From: Patescibacteria group bacterium
GTDB taxonomy: Bacteria; Patescibacteriota; Minisyncoccia; Phycocordibacterales; UBA2100
NCBI GenBank assembly: GCA_038064535.1
Contig: JBBTSX010000001.1
Span: forward strand, 1 to 63,744
DNA: 63,744 nt
Direction of reading: 5' to 3'
Shown here one piece after another: positions 43,848-52,591 of this stretch. Made by a program: the position numbers and the translations under genes. Numbering within the stretch: position 1 is the stretch's first letter; each line of letters begins with the position of its first letter. The notes beneath the pieces are model-generated. The model was not told the DNA's origin. It did no database searches and worked only from the letters and a program-made list of their open reading frames with translations.

Positions 43848-44165
43848 TTAGAAGGTGCCGAGGATGTTGTTCTCCGTGATGACGTAGTAATCTTCCTCGT
43901 CGATGGTGACTTCGTCGTAGCCGTACTTGGAGAACATCACCTTGTCGCCCACCTTGTAACGCATCGGGAGCACGTCGCCCTTGTCGTTGCGCTTTCCCTC
44001 GCCGACAGCAACGATAGTGCCCCGCTCGGGCTTTTCCTTTTGTGCGGTGTCGGGAATGATAATGCCAGAGGCGGTTTTCTGGTCCTCCGCAACTTCGGGC
44101 TTCACGAGCACGCGGTCGCCCGCAGGCTTGAACTTAATCTTGCTGGTTTTTGTGTCTTTCTTCAT
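43848..44165 (-). CDS. groS: co-chaperonin GroES
   Basis: ATG 44165: [23 protein letters not shown]...[23 protein letters not shown]. Confidence 0.93.
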   Translation of the reverse strand: [105 protein letters not shown]

Positions 44166-44271
44166 ACGGGGTGAAACTAACGCTAATAAGTCGTGGGGGC
44201 AATATACACGAGGTAAAGCCATGGGGCAACACCTTTGACTTCCCCGCGGCCATTTGTTACATTAGCTGGGC

Positions 44272-44505
44272 ATGGCTCTTCTCCACGGCGTTCTGCCGTA
44301 CGTACAGATAATTCTGTCCGCACTCCTCATCGTGTGTATTCTTCTACAGCGCACGGGGGCAAGCTTGGGCGGAGCATTCGGTGCCGACAACTTCTCGTCG
44401 GGCTTCCACACACGCCGCGGATTGGAAAAGACACTCTTCTATACGACCATTGTGCTCGGTATTTTGTTTGCCTTGTCAGCACTTATTAACCTCCTAACCA
44501 GCTAG
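44272..44505 (+). CDS. secG: preprotein translocase subunit SecG
   Basis: 77 aa, two TM, LLQRTGASLGGAFG signature. Confidence 0.8.
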   Translation: MALLHGVLPYVQIILSALLIVCILLQRTGASLGGAFGADNFSSGFHTRRGLEKTLFYTTIVLGILFALSALINLLTS

Positions 44506-44536
44506 AATATTTCATTCACGGGACCGATATATCGGA

Positions 44537-44647
44537 CCCCGTTAGAAATCGAGGGCACACGTTCAATTGCCCACCTCTCCAAGACAGATATGGAAGACAA
44601 CTCTCCCAATGATGACAGTGCTCGCGTATCGTTTATTTCTAACGGGG
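44537..44647. repeat. family A foldback element copy A8
   Basis: CCCCGTTAGAAAT (44537..44549) / ATTTCTAACGGGG (44635..44647); contains the only in-frame ATG (44590) of the downstream gene. Confidence 0.85.
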
Positions 44648-46440
44648 CGGAGCTAAAAACTAAATTAACGACCGAGCGCCGCCTCTCTTGGTTGCGTCGC
44701 GTCGAAGAACTCCTGAAAACCTTCTCACCCGCGGAGCGCCTCGCTCTGTATGTGTTCTCCATCCTGCTTGGTCTGTCCACGCTCGCGCTTCTTGCGGCCG
44801 CCAACAAGGCCGTCTCTGTCGTCATTCCCGCGCAAGGCGGTTCGCTCACCGAAGGCGAAGTGGGGCCCGTGCGTTTTATCAATCCGGTTCTGACGCTTAG
44901 CCGGGCCGACGAGGACCTCACCGCGCTCATCTATTCCGGTCTCACGCGCACACTTCCCGACGGCACCGTCATCCCCGACCTTGCTTCAGACTATGAAGTA
45001 TCGACCGACGGTACGACCTACACATTTCACCTGCGACGCGACGCTGTCTTCCACGACAATACGCCCGCGACTTCCGCCGACGTTCTCTTCACCGTACAGC
45101 TTGCTCAAAACCCCGAAATCAAGAGTCCGCATCGCGCGGATTGGGAGGGTGTCGCCGCCTCTGCTCCCGACAAATACACAGTGATTTTCAAATTGCCGCG
45201 CGCCTACGCTCCCTTTATTCAGAACACGACCATGGGCGTTCTTCCTCAACACCTCTGGAAGAATGTGTCGGCCGATGAATTCCCGTTTAGCCTGCTCAAT
45301 ACGCATCCAGTGGGCACCGGTCCGTACCAAGTGAGCGACGAAAGCATAGACGCGACCGGTAGCGCGACGCGCTACGAATTGTCATCGTTTGCAAAATTTA
45401 CGCTCGGCGCGCCGTACCTCAAGCGCATCACCTTCCTGTTCTACCAGAACGACGCGGCGATGATTCAGGCGCTGAACGCGCGTGAAATCGATGCTATAGC
45501 CGGCGTCTCACCGGAGACGCTCGACGAAATCCGCCGCCCGGACCTCACGACAATGACCGCACTCTTGCCGCGGGTCTTCGGTGTCTTTTTCAATCAGGGA
45601 CACTCCGTCGTGCTCGCCGACAGCTCTGTGCGATTTGCGCTCGACACCGCGATCGAAAAAAGTCGCCTCGTCGACCTTGTCCTCAAGGGCTATGGCGCCG
45701 GACTCGACTCCCCCATTCCGCCCGGACTCATGGGAGACGCGTCGCGGGGCGTCAATGCATCGAGCACGCTCGTGCAGAGCGCGTTCACCGACGAGACGAT
45801 TGGGGGCGCGCACGCGATTCTCGCAAAAGGCGGCTGGACGTATGATGCCGAGTCGAATACATGGAGTAAGAAATCCGCCAAAGGCGGATCCGCCTCCGGC
45901 GGAAAGCAGACACTCGGGTTTACACTTTCGACCGCCGACTCCCCACAGCTCGTCGCAACGGCGAACGCCGTCGCGGACGCGTGGAAAAAACTCGGCGTGG
46001 ATGTAAAAGTGCAGGTGTATTCCCTTTCCGACCTCAACACGACCGTCTTGCGCCCGCGACAATACGACGCACTGCTCTTCGGCGAAGTCGTTGGACGCGA
46101 AGTCGACCTGTTTGCGTTCTGGCATTCGTCACAGCGCAACGACCCGGGACTAAACCTCTCGCTGTACACCAACAGCAAGGCGGACTCCCTGCTTTCGCAG
46201 GCCCGGGCTACGACCAACGCGGCGGATCGCGACAAACTCTACGCGCAGTTCGCGTCGCTCGTGAAGAAAGACGACCCTGCCGTATTCCTTTACGCTCCGG
46301 AATTCGTCTATGTCGTCCCGAAAGACATCGAGGGCATTGAGCTGGGCGCGCTCACGACACCGGCTGAACGCTTCCTCAATGTGTACCGGTGGTACACCGA
46401 TACACAGCACGTCTGGAGCTTCTTTACTTCTAACAACTAA
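44590..46440 (+). CDS. ABC transporter substrate-binding protein, family 5 (peptide/nickel type), N-terminally anchored
   Basis: TM anchor LALYVFSILLGLSTLALL then SBP_bac_5-like core (FHLRRDAVFHDNTPATSADVLFT...GTGPYQV); start uncertain because ATG 44590 lies inside repeat A8. Confidence 0.8.
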   Translation: MEDNSPNDDSARVSFISNGAELKTKLTTERRLSWLRRVEELLKTFSPAERLALYVFSILLGLSTLALLAAANKAVSVVIPAQGGSLTEGEVGPVRFINPVLTLSRADEDLTALIYSGLTRTLPDGTVIPDLASDYEVSTDGTTYTFHLRRDAVFHDNTPATSADVLFTVQLAQNPEIKSPHRADWEGVAASAPDKYTVIFKLPRAYAPFIQNTTMGVLPQHLWKNVSADEFPFSLLNTHPVGTGPYQVSDESIDATGSATRYELSSFAKFTLGAPYLKRITFLFYQNDAAMIQALNAREIDAIAGVSPETLDEIRRPDLTTMTALLPRVFGVFFNQGHSVVLADSSVRFALDTAIEKSRLVDLVLKGYGAGLDSPIPPGLMGDASRGVNASSTLVQSAFTDETIGGAHAILAKGGWTYDAESNTWSKKSAKGGSASGGKQTLGFTLSTADSPQLVATANAVADAWKKLGVDVKVQVYSLSDLNTTVLRPRQYDALLFGEVVGREVDLFAFWHSSQRNDPGLNLSLYTNSKADSLLSQARATTNAADRDKLYAQFASLVKKDDPAVFLYAPEFVYVVPKDIEGIELGALTTPAERFLNVYRWYTDTQHVWSFFTSNN

Positions 46441-46470
46441 TTACTATTCACTACTAACTATTTTATGGAA

Positions 46471-46586
46471 CCCCGTTAGAAATTACGGACTGTAAAACAA
46501 ACGGGGTAACTTATCAAAAACAAAATTTATGAACCAATCAAACAACAGGCATTCAGTTTCGGGGCACCGCCCTATTTCTAACGGGG
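46471..46586. repeat. family A foldback element copy A9
   Basis: CCCCGTTAGAAAT (46471..46483) / ATTTCTAACGGGG (46574..46586); direct repeat TGGAA at 46466..46470 and 46587..46591; a degenerate extra arm CACCCCGTGAGAGAAAT follows. Confidence 0.85.
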
Positions 46587-46644
46587 TGGAACTTCACCCC
46601 GTGAGAGAAATACTCCGGTCTTCCAGAAAAACACAGAACATACT

Positions 46645-48738
46645 ATGAACAAAAACTACAGTAACAATTCCGACGCCCTCTCTCACGGGGCAAGCCCTGA
46701 ATTTTCCAACAAAGGCCTGCCTGCGTCGGGCGAATACGCGCGGCAGGCAGGCGGCGCCTACGTACCGGCCCCGCAGGGGCGCGGCCAAAGCGGACCCACG
46801 CGACACAGCCCTTCACGAGGAACCCCCTCGCGCCTGCCTGCGTCGCACGCGTCGCCTGCCCGCGCGGAGCACGCAGGCGGGCGGCAGGCAGGCCACGGCC
46901 CACAGCGTGAACCCCAGCGCGGACCTGCGCGAGGACGCCCCGGTAGCGCACCGCGCCGCCGACCGCTCCACCTGCGACCTGCGCGCCCGCCCCGCGGACG
47001 CACGAAGGTCGAGCATCAGGCTCCGACGAGCCGCTCTATGCACGCCGGCCCCGCCATCCCGCCGCCCGCGCCCGACACGGTGCGCATCATTCCGCTCGGC
47101 GGCGTCGAAGAAGTCGGACGGAACATGACCGCCGTCGAATTCGGCAACGACATCTTTATCCTCGACTGCGGATTCCAATTCAGCGAGGACGAAACACCGG
47201 GCATCGATTACATCCTTCCGAATACAGGTTATCTCGAAGAGCGTCGCGACAAAATCCGCGGTCTCATCATCTCGCACGGCCACCTCGACCACATCGGCGG
47301 TATCCCCTACATCCTCGACCGCATCGGCAATCCGACCATCTACACTCGCAAGCTCACGGGCAAAATGATTCAGAAGCGCCAAGAGGAATTTGCACAAACG
47401 ATTCCCGTCACCATTCGCGAAGTCGAAAAGGACGAAGTGATAAAGCTCGGCGCGGCGACCATCCGCTTCTTCGGCGTGACGCACACCGTGCCGGATTCTA
47501 TGGGTATCATCATTGAGACACCGTACGGCGACGTCGTATTCACCGGCGACATCAAGCTCAATCACGAGAACGGCGAACCTTCCGACGAAGAAAAACGCGA
47601 GTTCGGCATCTTCAAAGAGCGCAAAGTACTCGCGCTCCTTATGGACTCGACCAACGTCTGGCAGCCGGGCTTCTCCATTCCCGAGAGCACGGTGTACCGC
47701 ACACTTGAGAAAATCATCGAAGAGTCTAAAGGCCGCCTCATCATCGCGATGTTCGCCTCGCACCTTGAGCGTCTTATCCGCGTCGTGCACTTCGCCGAGC
47801 AGTACGGCAAGAAAATCGTCATCGACGGCCGCTCAATGCGCACCAACATCGAAATAGCGCGCGAGATAGGCCTCATCAAGTACAAAGACGACACCGTCAT
47901 CGCTGTCGAGAACATGGGCCAATATCCCAAAGAGCGCATCATCATCCTCGCGACCGGTGCGCAAGGCGACGAATTCGCCAGTCTCGCCCGCATAGGCAAC
48001 AAATCGCACAAGTACATCCGCCTCGAGCCGACCGACACCATCGTCCTCTCCTCGTCGGTCATTCCGGGCAACGAACGCGCCGTGCAGAAGCTCAAAGACA
48101 ATCTCTCGCGTCAGGGCGCGCATATTATCACCTACCACGCCTCCGACGTGCACGCCTCAGGTCACGGCAATCGCGAGGAAGCGGCATGGATACACAAGCA
48201 AATCCGGCCGAAATTCTTCATCCCCGTCCACGGTTATCACTACATGTTGCGCGTGCACGGCGACCTCGCCGTCGAGATGGGCGTCCAGCCGCAAAATGTC
48301 TGCATCCCCGACAACTCTTCTGTCGTTGAAATAATCGCCGGCGAGAAAATCGCGAAGCACGCAATCAAGGCTCCGTCCGAATTGCGCGTGGTGGAAGGCC
48401 AGACCGTCTCTGAACTGAGCGATGTCCTCATGCGCGACCGCAAGGCGCTCGGACAGGAGGGATTCTGCGTCGTCGTCGCGACGGTAGACCGCCGCACGGG
48501 CAAGCTCCACAAATCCCCCGACATCATTTCCCGCGGATTCGTGTACCTGCGTGACAACAAAGAGCTGATGGATCAGACGCGCCTCATCATCCGCAAATCA
48601 GTAGAGACCTCGATGCGCAATCCGCGTGCCGCAGACCTCGACGTCGCCCGCGACGACCTCGCCGAAGCCGTCTCCCGCTTCTTGCTGCAGCGCACCATGA
48701 AGCGTCCCATCGTGATTCCGGTAATAGTTAGCATCTAA
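46645..48738 (+). CDS. rnj: ribonuclease J (metallo-beta-lactamase / beta-CASP) with Arg/Pro-rich N-terminal extension
   Basis: VRIIPLGGVEEVGRNMTAVEF...ISHGHLDHIGG...; canonical-length product would start at ATG 47038; 46645..47037 is GC-rich repeat-derived sequence open in several frames. Confidence 0.88.
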   Translation: MNKNYSNNSDALSHGASPEFSNKGLPASGEYARQAGGAYVPAPQGRGQSGPTRHSPSRGTPSRLPASHASPARAEHAGGRQAGHGPQREPQRGPARGRPGSAPRRRPLHLRPARPPRGRTKVEHQAPTSRSMHAGPAIPPPAPDTVRIIPLGGVEEVGRNMTAVEFGNDIFILDCGFQFSEDETPGIDYILPNTGYLEERRDKIRGLIISHGHLDHIGGIPYILDRIGNPTIYTRKLTGKMIQKRQEEFAQTIPVTIREVEKDEVIKLGAATIRFFGVTHTVPDSMGIIIETPYGDVVFTGDIKLNHENGEPSDEEKREFGIFKERKVLALLMDSTNVWQPGFSIPESTVYRTLEKIIEESKGRLIIAMFASHLERLIRVVHFAEQYGKKIVIDGRSMRTNIEIAREIGLIKYKDDTVIAVENMGQYPKERIIILATGAQGDEFASLARIGNKSHKYIRLEPTDTIVLSSSVIPGNERAVQKLKDNLSRQGAHIITYHASDVHASGHGNREEAAWIHKQIRPKFFIPVHGYHYMLRVHGDLAVEMGVQPQNVCIPDNSSVVEIIAGEKIAKHAIKAPSELRVVEGQTVSELSDVLMRDRKALGQEGFCVVVATVDRRTGKLHKSPDIISRGFVYLRDNKELMDQTRLIIRKSVETSMRNPRAADLDVARDDLAEAVSRFLLQRTMKRPIVIPVIVSI
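46715..46752. repeat. family D GC-rich hairpin (GCCTGCCTGC ... GCAGGCAGGC)
   Basis: 10-bp complementary arms inside the rnj 5' extension. Confidence 0.75.
46832..46893. repeat. family D GC-rich hairpin, longer copy
   Basis: Same arms GCCTGCCTGCGTCG (46832..) and CGGCAGGCAGGC (..46893) as at 46715..46752. Confidence 0.75.
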
Positions 48739-48787
48739 TTCGACAGCTAACGTCTAGTCTGATAGGTTAAATCCAGCTAAAAGGACA

Positions 48788-49081
48788 ATGACTATGACCA
48801 GAGAACAAATTGCAGAAAAGGTACGCTGGTCATTCATTATTTGGATGATTAGCATCATAAATCCACTAATGACAGCACCTCAGCTGTGGTCTGTATGGCG
48901 AACGGGGGAAACAGCTGGACTCTCAATGGGCTTTCTTTCGATTCTCTTGTTCGTCCAAGGCGGCTTTTCCCTGCACGGATTTTTTACCCGTGACCGCTTC
49001 ATTATGGGAAGCAACGGTCTCGCCGCTGCAATGACGCTGATAACAATGCTCTCCACCCTCTACTTCCGACACCTTATCTAA
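48788..49081 (+). CDS. SemiSWEET-like (PQ-loop) 3-TM membrane protein
   Basis: 97 aa, LMTAPQLWSVWRTGETAGLS PQ motif; AT-richer than its neighbours. Confidence 0.6.
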   Translation: MTMTREQIAEKVRWSFIIWMISIINPLMTAPQLWSVWRTGETAGLSMGFLSILLFVQGGFSLHGFFTRDRFIMGSNGLAAAMTLITMLSTLYFRHLI

Positions 49082-49099
49082 CGATGAGGTGTCGCGTCT

Positions 49100-49978
49100 T
49101 TAAGAGACACGCCACTTCCCTTTTTCTTTCACGATAAGCCCGTCGCGCTCTAGCCCCGCCAGAGCCTTTTGAACTATTCTCTTATTCGTGCGAATTAGAG
49201 AATAAACCTCATTCTGTGAATGGGCACCATTCACACCGAGTTCGCGAAGAACTGCGCCGCGGACTTGGCGCAGACTGCCTTTGAATTTTGATTGTTTTGT
49301 ATAGTGCGCACTTCGGCGATTGTTGCGAACGCCCGAACGTTTCAAATGCGCGCCGTAGTCCATGAGTGCCCAGTGCCACGTCCTCGGGTCCTGCCCTTCT
49401 GCCGCCTTTTGCGCCAACGGCAAAATCTCCGCATCCGTTATGCTAGTCTTTTGCAAAACACTAGAATAGAAATGGTGGATGTACGCCGCCCGGATGTTGG
49501 TCTCGATAAGGATGTCGGGTTCGTTGAACGCGAACACTTTGACCGCCGCCTCTGTATAGGGTCCTATGCCGGTACATTTTAACAAGCCGGTCGGCTTGTT
49601 AAAATGTACTCCGTTTTTGGTGAGGATTTTTGCAGCGTCGTGCAAATACTTGGCACGCCTGTTGTAGCCGAGCCCGCTCCACACTTTAAGCACATCTGAA
49701 AGCGGGGCTTTTGCCAATGCTTTTGCAGTCGGAAATGCCTGTAAAAATTCTTTGTACTTCCCTATTACTCGCGGCACCTGCGTCTGCTGCAGCATCATTT
49801 CGGAAACGAGAATGCGGTACGTGTCTTTGGTCTTGCGCCACGGCAGGTCGTGTCTCCCCTCTTTTTTCCAATATCTCCACACGGTTGAACGAAAAGCGCG
49901 CAAGCGTGCGGCAGGTATTTTATGAAGAACTTCGCCAGCTTTGTCGGTTGAGTCGGTCGCGGTGATACATGTACGCAT
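49100..49978 (-). CDS. HhH-GPD DNA glycosylase, MutY/adenine glycosylase-like
   Basis: LPWRKTKDTYRILVSEMMLQQTQV...WSGLGYNRRAKYLHDAAK...CTGIGPYTEAA. Confidence 0.78.
   Translation of the reverse strand: MRTCITATDSTDKAGEVLHKIPAARLRAFRSTVWRYWKKEGRHDLPWRKTKDTYRILVSEMMLQQTQVPRVIGKYKEFLQAFPTAKALAKAPLSDVLKVWSGLGYNRRAKYLHDAAKILTKNGVHFNKPTGLLKCTGIGPYTEAAVKVFAFNEPDILIETNIRAAYIHHFYSSVLQKTSITDAEILPLAQKAAEGQDPRTWHWALMDYGAHLKRSGVRNNRRSAHYTKQSKFKGSLRQVRGAVLRELGVNGAHSQNEVYSLIRTNKRIVQKALAGLERDGLIVKEKGKWRVS
49572..49609. repeat. family C 38-bp palindrome GTACATTTTAACAAGCCG|GT|CGGCTTGTTAAAATGTAC (inside the glycosylase CDS)
   Basis: Perfect palindrome; homologous copy at 54164..54201 with compensatory differences. 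Confidence 0.88.
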
Positions 49979-50020
49979 ATCTCAAACACGGTGTTCTGCA
50001 GAAAATACCTGCCGCACGCA

Positions 50021-50713
50021 TCACAACTCGTACACCACATCCTTGCGCTCGACGACGACTTTCCATTTCATCCGTTTCGCATATTTATAGAGTTTCGCAT
50101 TCGGGTTGAAGCAAATAGGCTTTGCGACCATATCAAGTATGGGAATGTCGGTCTCGGTGTCTCCCACACCAATCGAGTGGCTCAGTGTCAGATTTTCTTT
50201 TTCTATTGCACGCTTGAGAATATTGGCCTTGTTCATGATGAGGTGCTCGTCACTGATTCCGCCGGTGAAAAGTTCCTGCGGGCCGATGTCGTACACGATG
50301 CCGTATGCCTTATCAAAACCCATCTTCGGGCAAAATTTGTCCAGCACTGTTTTCGGCGAATGCGACACCGCGAGCAGGAAGTATCCTTTCGCCTTCAGTT
50401 CTTTGAGAAGGTCCCGCGTATAGCGATACGTGCGCTTCCACTGTTCGTCGACAAGCTCCTCCGCCGCATCCGCAAGTTCGCCGTAATGCACGCCCTTGAG
50501 ATGGGCGCGAAACGCTTTCACGACCGCTTCGATGTACTCCTCGTAATCGCCCTCGCGGTCGAGCCACTTCTGATGCTCTTTCTCGTACACTTTCTGTGCG
50601 TCGCCGGGGAATGCACCACGCTCGATGAGCTTATCCACGAGCTGTATCAAAAGCGACGAGCGAAATATCGTCCCGTCCACATCAAATACCGCCACTTTCC
50701 TTTTTTCCGCCAT
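50021..50713 (-). CDS. HAD-IB family hydrolase (SerB-like phosphatase)
   Basis: MAEKRKVAVFDVDGTIF DxDGT motif; ...GVGDTETDIPIL; TACCAT-N6-ATG 50713. Confidence 0.8.
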   Translation of the reverse strand: MAEKRKVAVFDVDGTIFRSSLLIQLVDKLIERGAFPGDAQKVYEKEHQKWLDREGDYEEYIEAVVKAFRAHLKGVHYGELADAAEELVDEQWKRTYRYTRDLLKELKAKGYFLLAVSHSPKTVLDKFCPKMGFDKAYGIVYDIGPQELFTGGISDEHLIMNKANILKRAIEKENLTLSHSIGVGDTETDIPILDMVAKPICFNPNAKLYKYAKRMKWKVVVERKDVVYEL

Positions 50714-50774
50714 GCCCCCATGGTACACAAAATGATGCTGTTTGCGACCCTCCCGAAAGTGCTATTCTGGCTTG

Positions 50775-51845
50775 ATGAAACGAAAGATACGGGTGGCGAT
50801 ACTTTTTGGCGGAAAATCGGCCGAGCACGAAGTGTCCATCCGGTCGGCAAAGAACGTCGCCGATGCGATGGACAAGAGCAAGTATGATGTCGCGCTTATA
50901 GGCATTGATAAGCAGGGCCACTGGCTTCCGCCTCAGAAATCGGCGGCACTTCTCGGCAAACCAAGCGTTCCCCCGTCGGAAACAAGCATCGCGCTCGCAC
51001 CCGGGGAAAACGGCCTTATCACAAGCGCCGAGGAGCCGCAGGCCGGACAGATTGACGTCGTCTTCCCCATTTTGCACGGACCGTTCGGCGAGGACGGTAC
51101 TGTTCAGGGACTTCTGCGTCTTGCAAATGTGCCGTTCGTCGGCGCCGGTGTACTTGGTTCTGCGGTCGGCATGGACAAAGACGTGATGAAGCGCTTGCTC
51201 CGCGATGCCGGAATTCGCATCGGCAAATTCCTTGTCTCAACGGAAACAAATCCCGTTCCGTTCGCGCAGGCAAAGGCGGAGCTCGGGTTGCCCATGTTCA
51301 TCAAGCCTGCAAACCTCGGCTCTTCTATCGGCATCAGCAAGGTCAAAGACGAGGAGAGTTACCGCGAAGCCATGCAAGAAGCGTTCGCGTACGACACGAA
51401 GGTTATCATCGAAGAATTCATAAAAGGACGCGAGATAGAATGTTCTGTTCTGGGCAACGAGAACCCCATCGCTTCAGTTCCCGGCGAAGTTATCGTTCAC
51501 AGTGAATTTTATTCCTACGACGCGAAATACCTCGACGAGAACGGAGCCTCGTTACAGATCCCCGCCGACCTTCCGGAGGAGACCAAAAAAGCAGTCCAAG
51601 AAGCCGCGGTGAAAACTTTCAAAGCACTGTGTTGCGAAGGCATGGGCCGCGTCGATTCTTTCGTGACCGACGACGGGCGCGTATTTGTAAATGAAATCAA
51701 CACCATCCCCGGATTCACCAACATCAGCATGTACCCGAAAATGTGGGAAGCATCAGGCATCTCCTACTCCGACCTCATCGACAAACTCATCACGCTCGCT
51801 ATCGAACGTTTCGAGAAACAACAGAAACTCCGGACAAATAAATAG
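50775..51845 (+). CDS. ddl: D-alanine--D-alanine ligase
   Basis: MKRKIRVAILFGGKSAEHEVSIRSA...HGPFGEDGTVQGLL...NEINTIPGFT; TATTCT-N6-ATG 50775. Confidence 0.92.
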   Translation: MKRKIRVAILFGGKSAEHEVSIRSAKNVADAMDKSKYDVALIGIDKQGHWLPPQKSAALLGKPSVPPSETSIALAPGENGLITSAEEPQAGQIDVVFPILHGPFGEDGTVQGLLRLANVPFVGAGVLGSAVGMDKDVMKRLLRDAGIRIGKFLVSTETNPVPFAQAKAELGLPMFIKPANLGSSIGISKVKDEESYREAMQEAFAYDTKVIIEEFIKGREIECSVLGNENPIASVPGEVIVHSEFYSYDAKYLDENGASLQIPADLPEETKKAVQEAAVKTFKALCCEGMGRVDSFVTDDGRVFVNEINTIPGFTNISMYPKMWEASGISYSDLIDKLITLAIERFEKQQKLRTNK

Positions 51846-52508
51846 CTACTTGGCCTTGGGCCAACGCTGTGCCGCCTGTGGCCAGAGCTTCGTAAGCGGG
51901 TGCGCTTCGCACTCGTGCGGGCGGGCGGTACAAATGTAGCGGCCGTAGAGCACGAGACCGTTGTTCACATATTTCCAGTCTTTTTTCGGGACAAGAGCTT
52001 CGAGTTCTTTTGAGATTTTCGTAAGGTCCACGCTGTCGACGAGGTCGAAGCGGAGCGCGAAGCGGCGCACGTGCGTGTCGGTCGGTATCCCCTCCCAGAT
52101 ATCATAGAGCTCGCCGAGAACGACGTTGGCCGTTTTGTATGCGACACCGGGAAGAGTCGTAAGCTCTTGGACGGTGCGGGGTACCTTGCCCTTGAAGTCT
52201 TTCTCGATAACGTTCGCTGCGGCAATGATTGCCTTCGCCTTATTGCGAAAGAATGAAACGGAAGAAATCTTTTTCTCAAGATTGCGCGGTTTGGCCCGGG
52301 CGAAGTCGACGGCTGTTTTATATTTTTTGAATAAGGTTTCCGTAACCTTGTTTACCTGCTTATCAGTCGTCTGCGCCGAGAGCATCACCGCAACGACGAG
52401 CTGGAACAGTGTTTTGTACTTGAGCTCGGTCTTGGGGACCGGATACATTCTCTTGAGCGCCGCCACAATCTTTTTCGCCCGTTTCTTACGCTCAGAAAAG
52501 CTCGCCAT
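51846..52508 (-). CDS. nth: endonuclease III-like HhH-GPD glycosylase/lyase
   Basis: LVVAVMLSAQTTDKQVNKVT...LPGVAYKTANVVL...DTHVRR; the C-terminal Fe-S Cys motif appears degenerate. Confidence 0.82.
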   Translation of the reverse strand: MASFSERKKRAKKIVAALKRMYPVPKTELKYKTLFQLVVAVMLSAQTTDKQVNKVTETLFKKYKTAVDFARAKPRNLEKKISSVSFFRNKAKAIIAAANVIEKDFKGKVPRTVQELTTLPGVAYKTANVVLGELYDIWEGIPTDTHVRRFALRFDLVDSVDLTKISKELEALVPKKDWKYVNNGLVLYGRYICTARPHECEAHPLTKLWPQAAQRWPKAK

Positions 52509-52591
52509 GCCGACATCGTACAGCAGGGGCCGGACTTTGACATGGTGAAAACAGCGTGGTAGAAATCGCCCAGAACAATTGAGGACAAGCC

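Noticed and set aside
44166-44222. CIRCE (HrcA) operator upstream of groES, and the longer 124-aa GroES ORF
   Set aside because: No TTAGCACTC-N9-GAGTGCTAA-like inverted repeat is visible. The GroES homology begins at MKKDTK (ATG 44165), and the upstream extension has no GroES counterpart.
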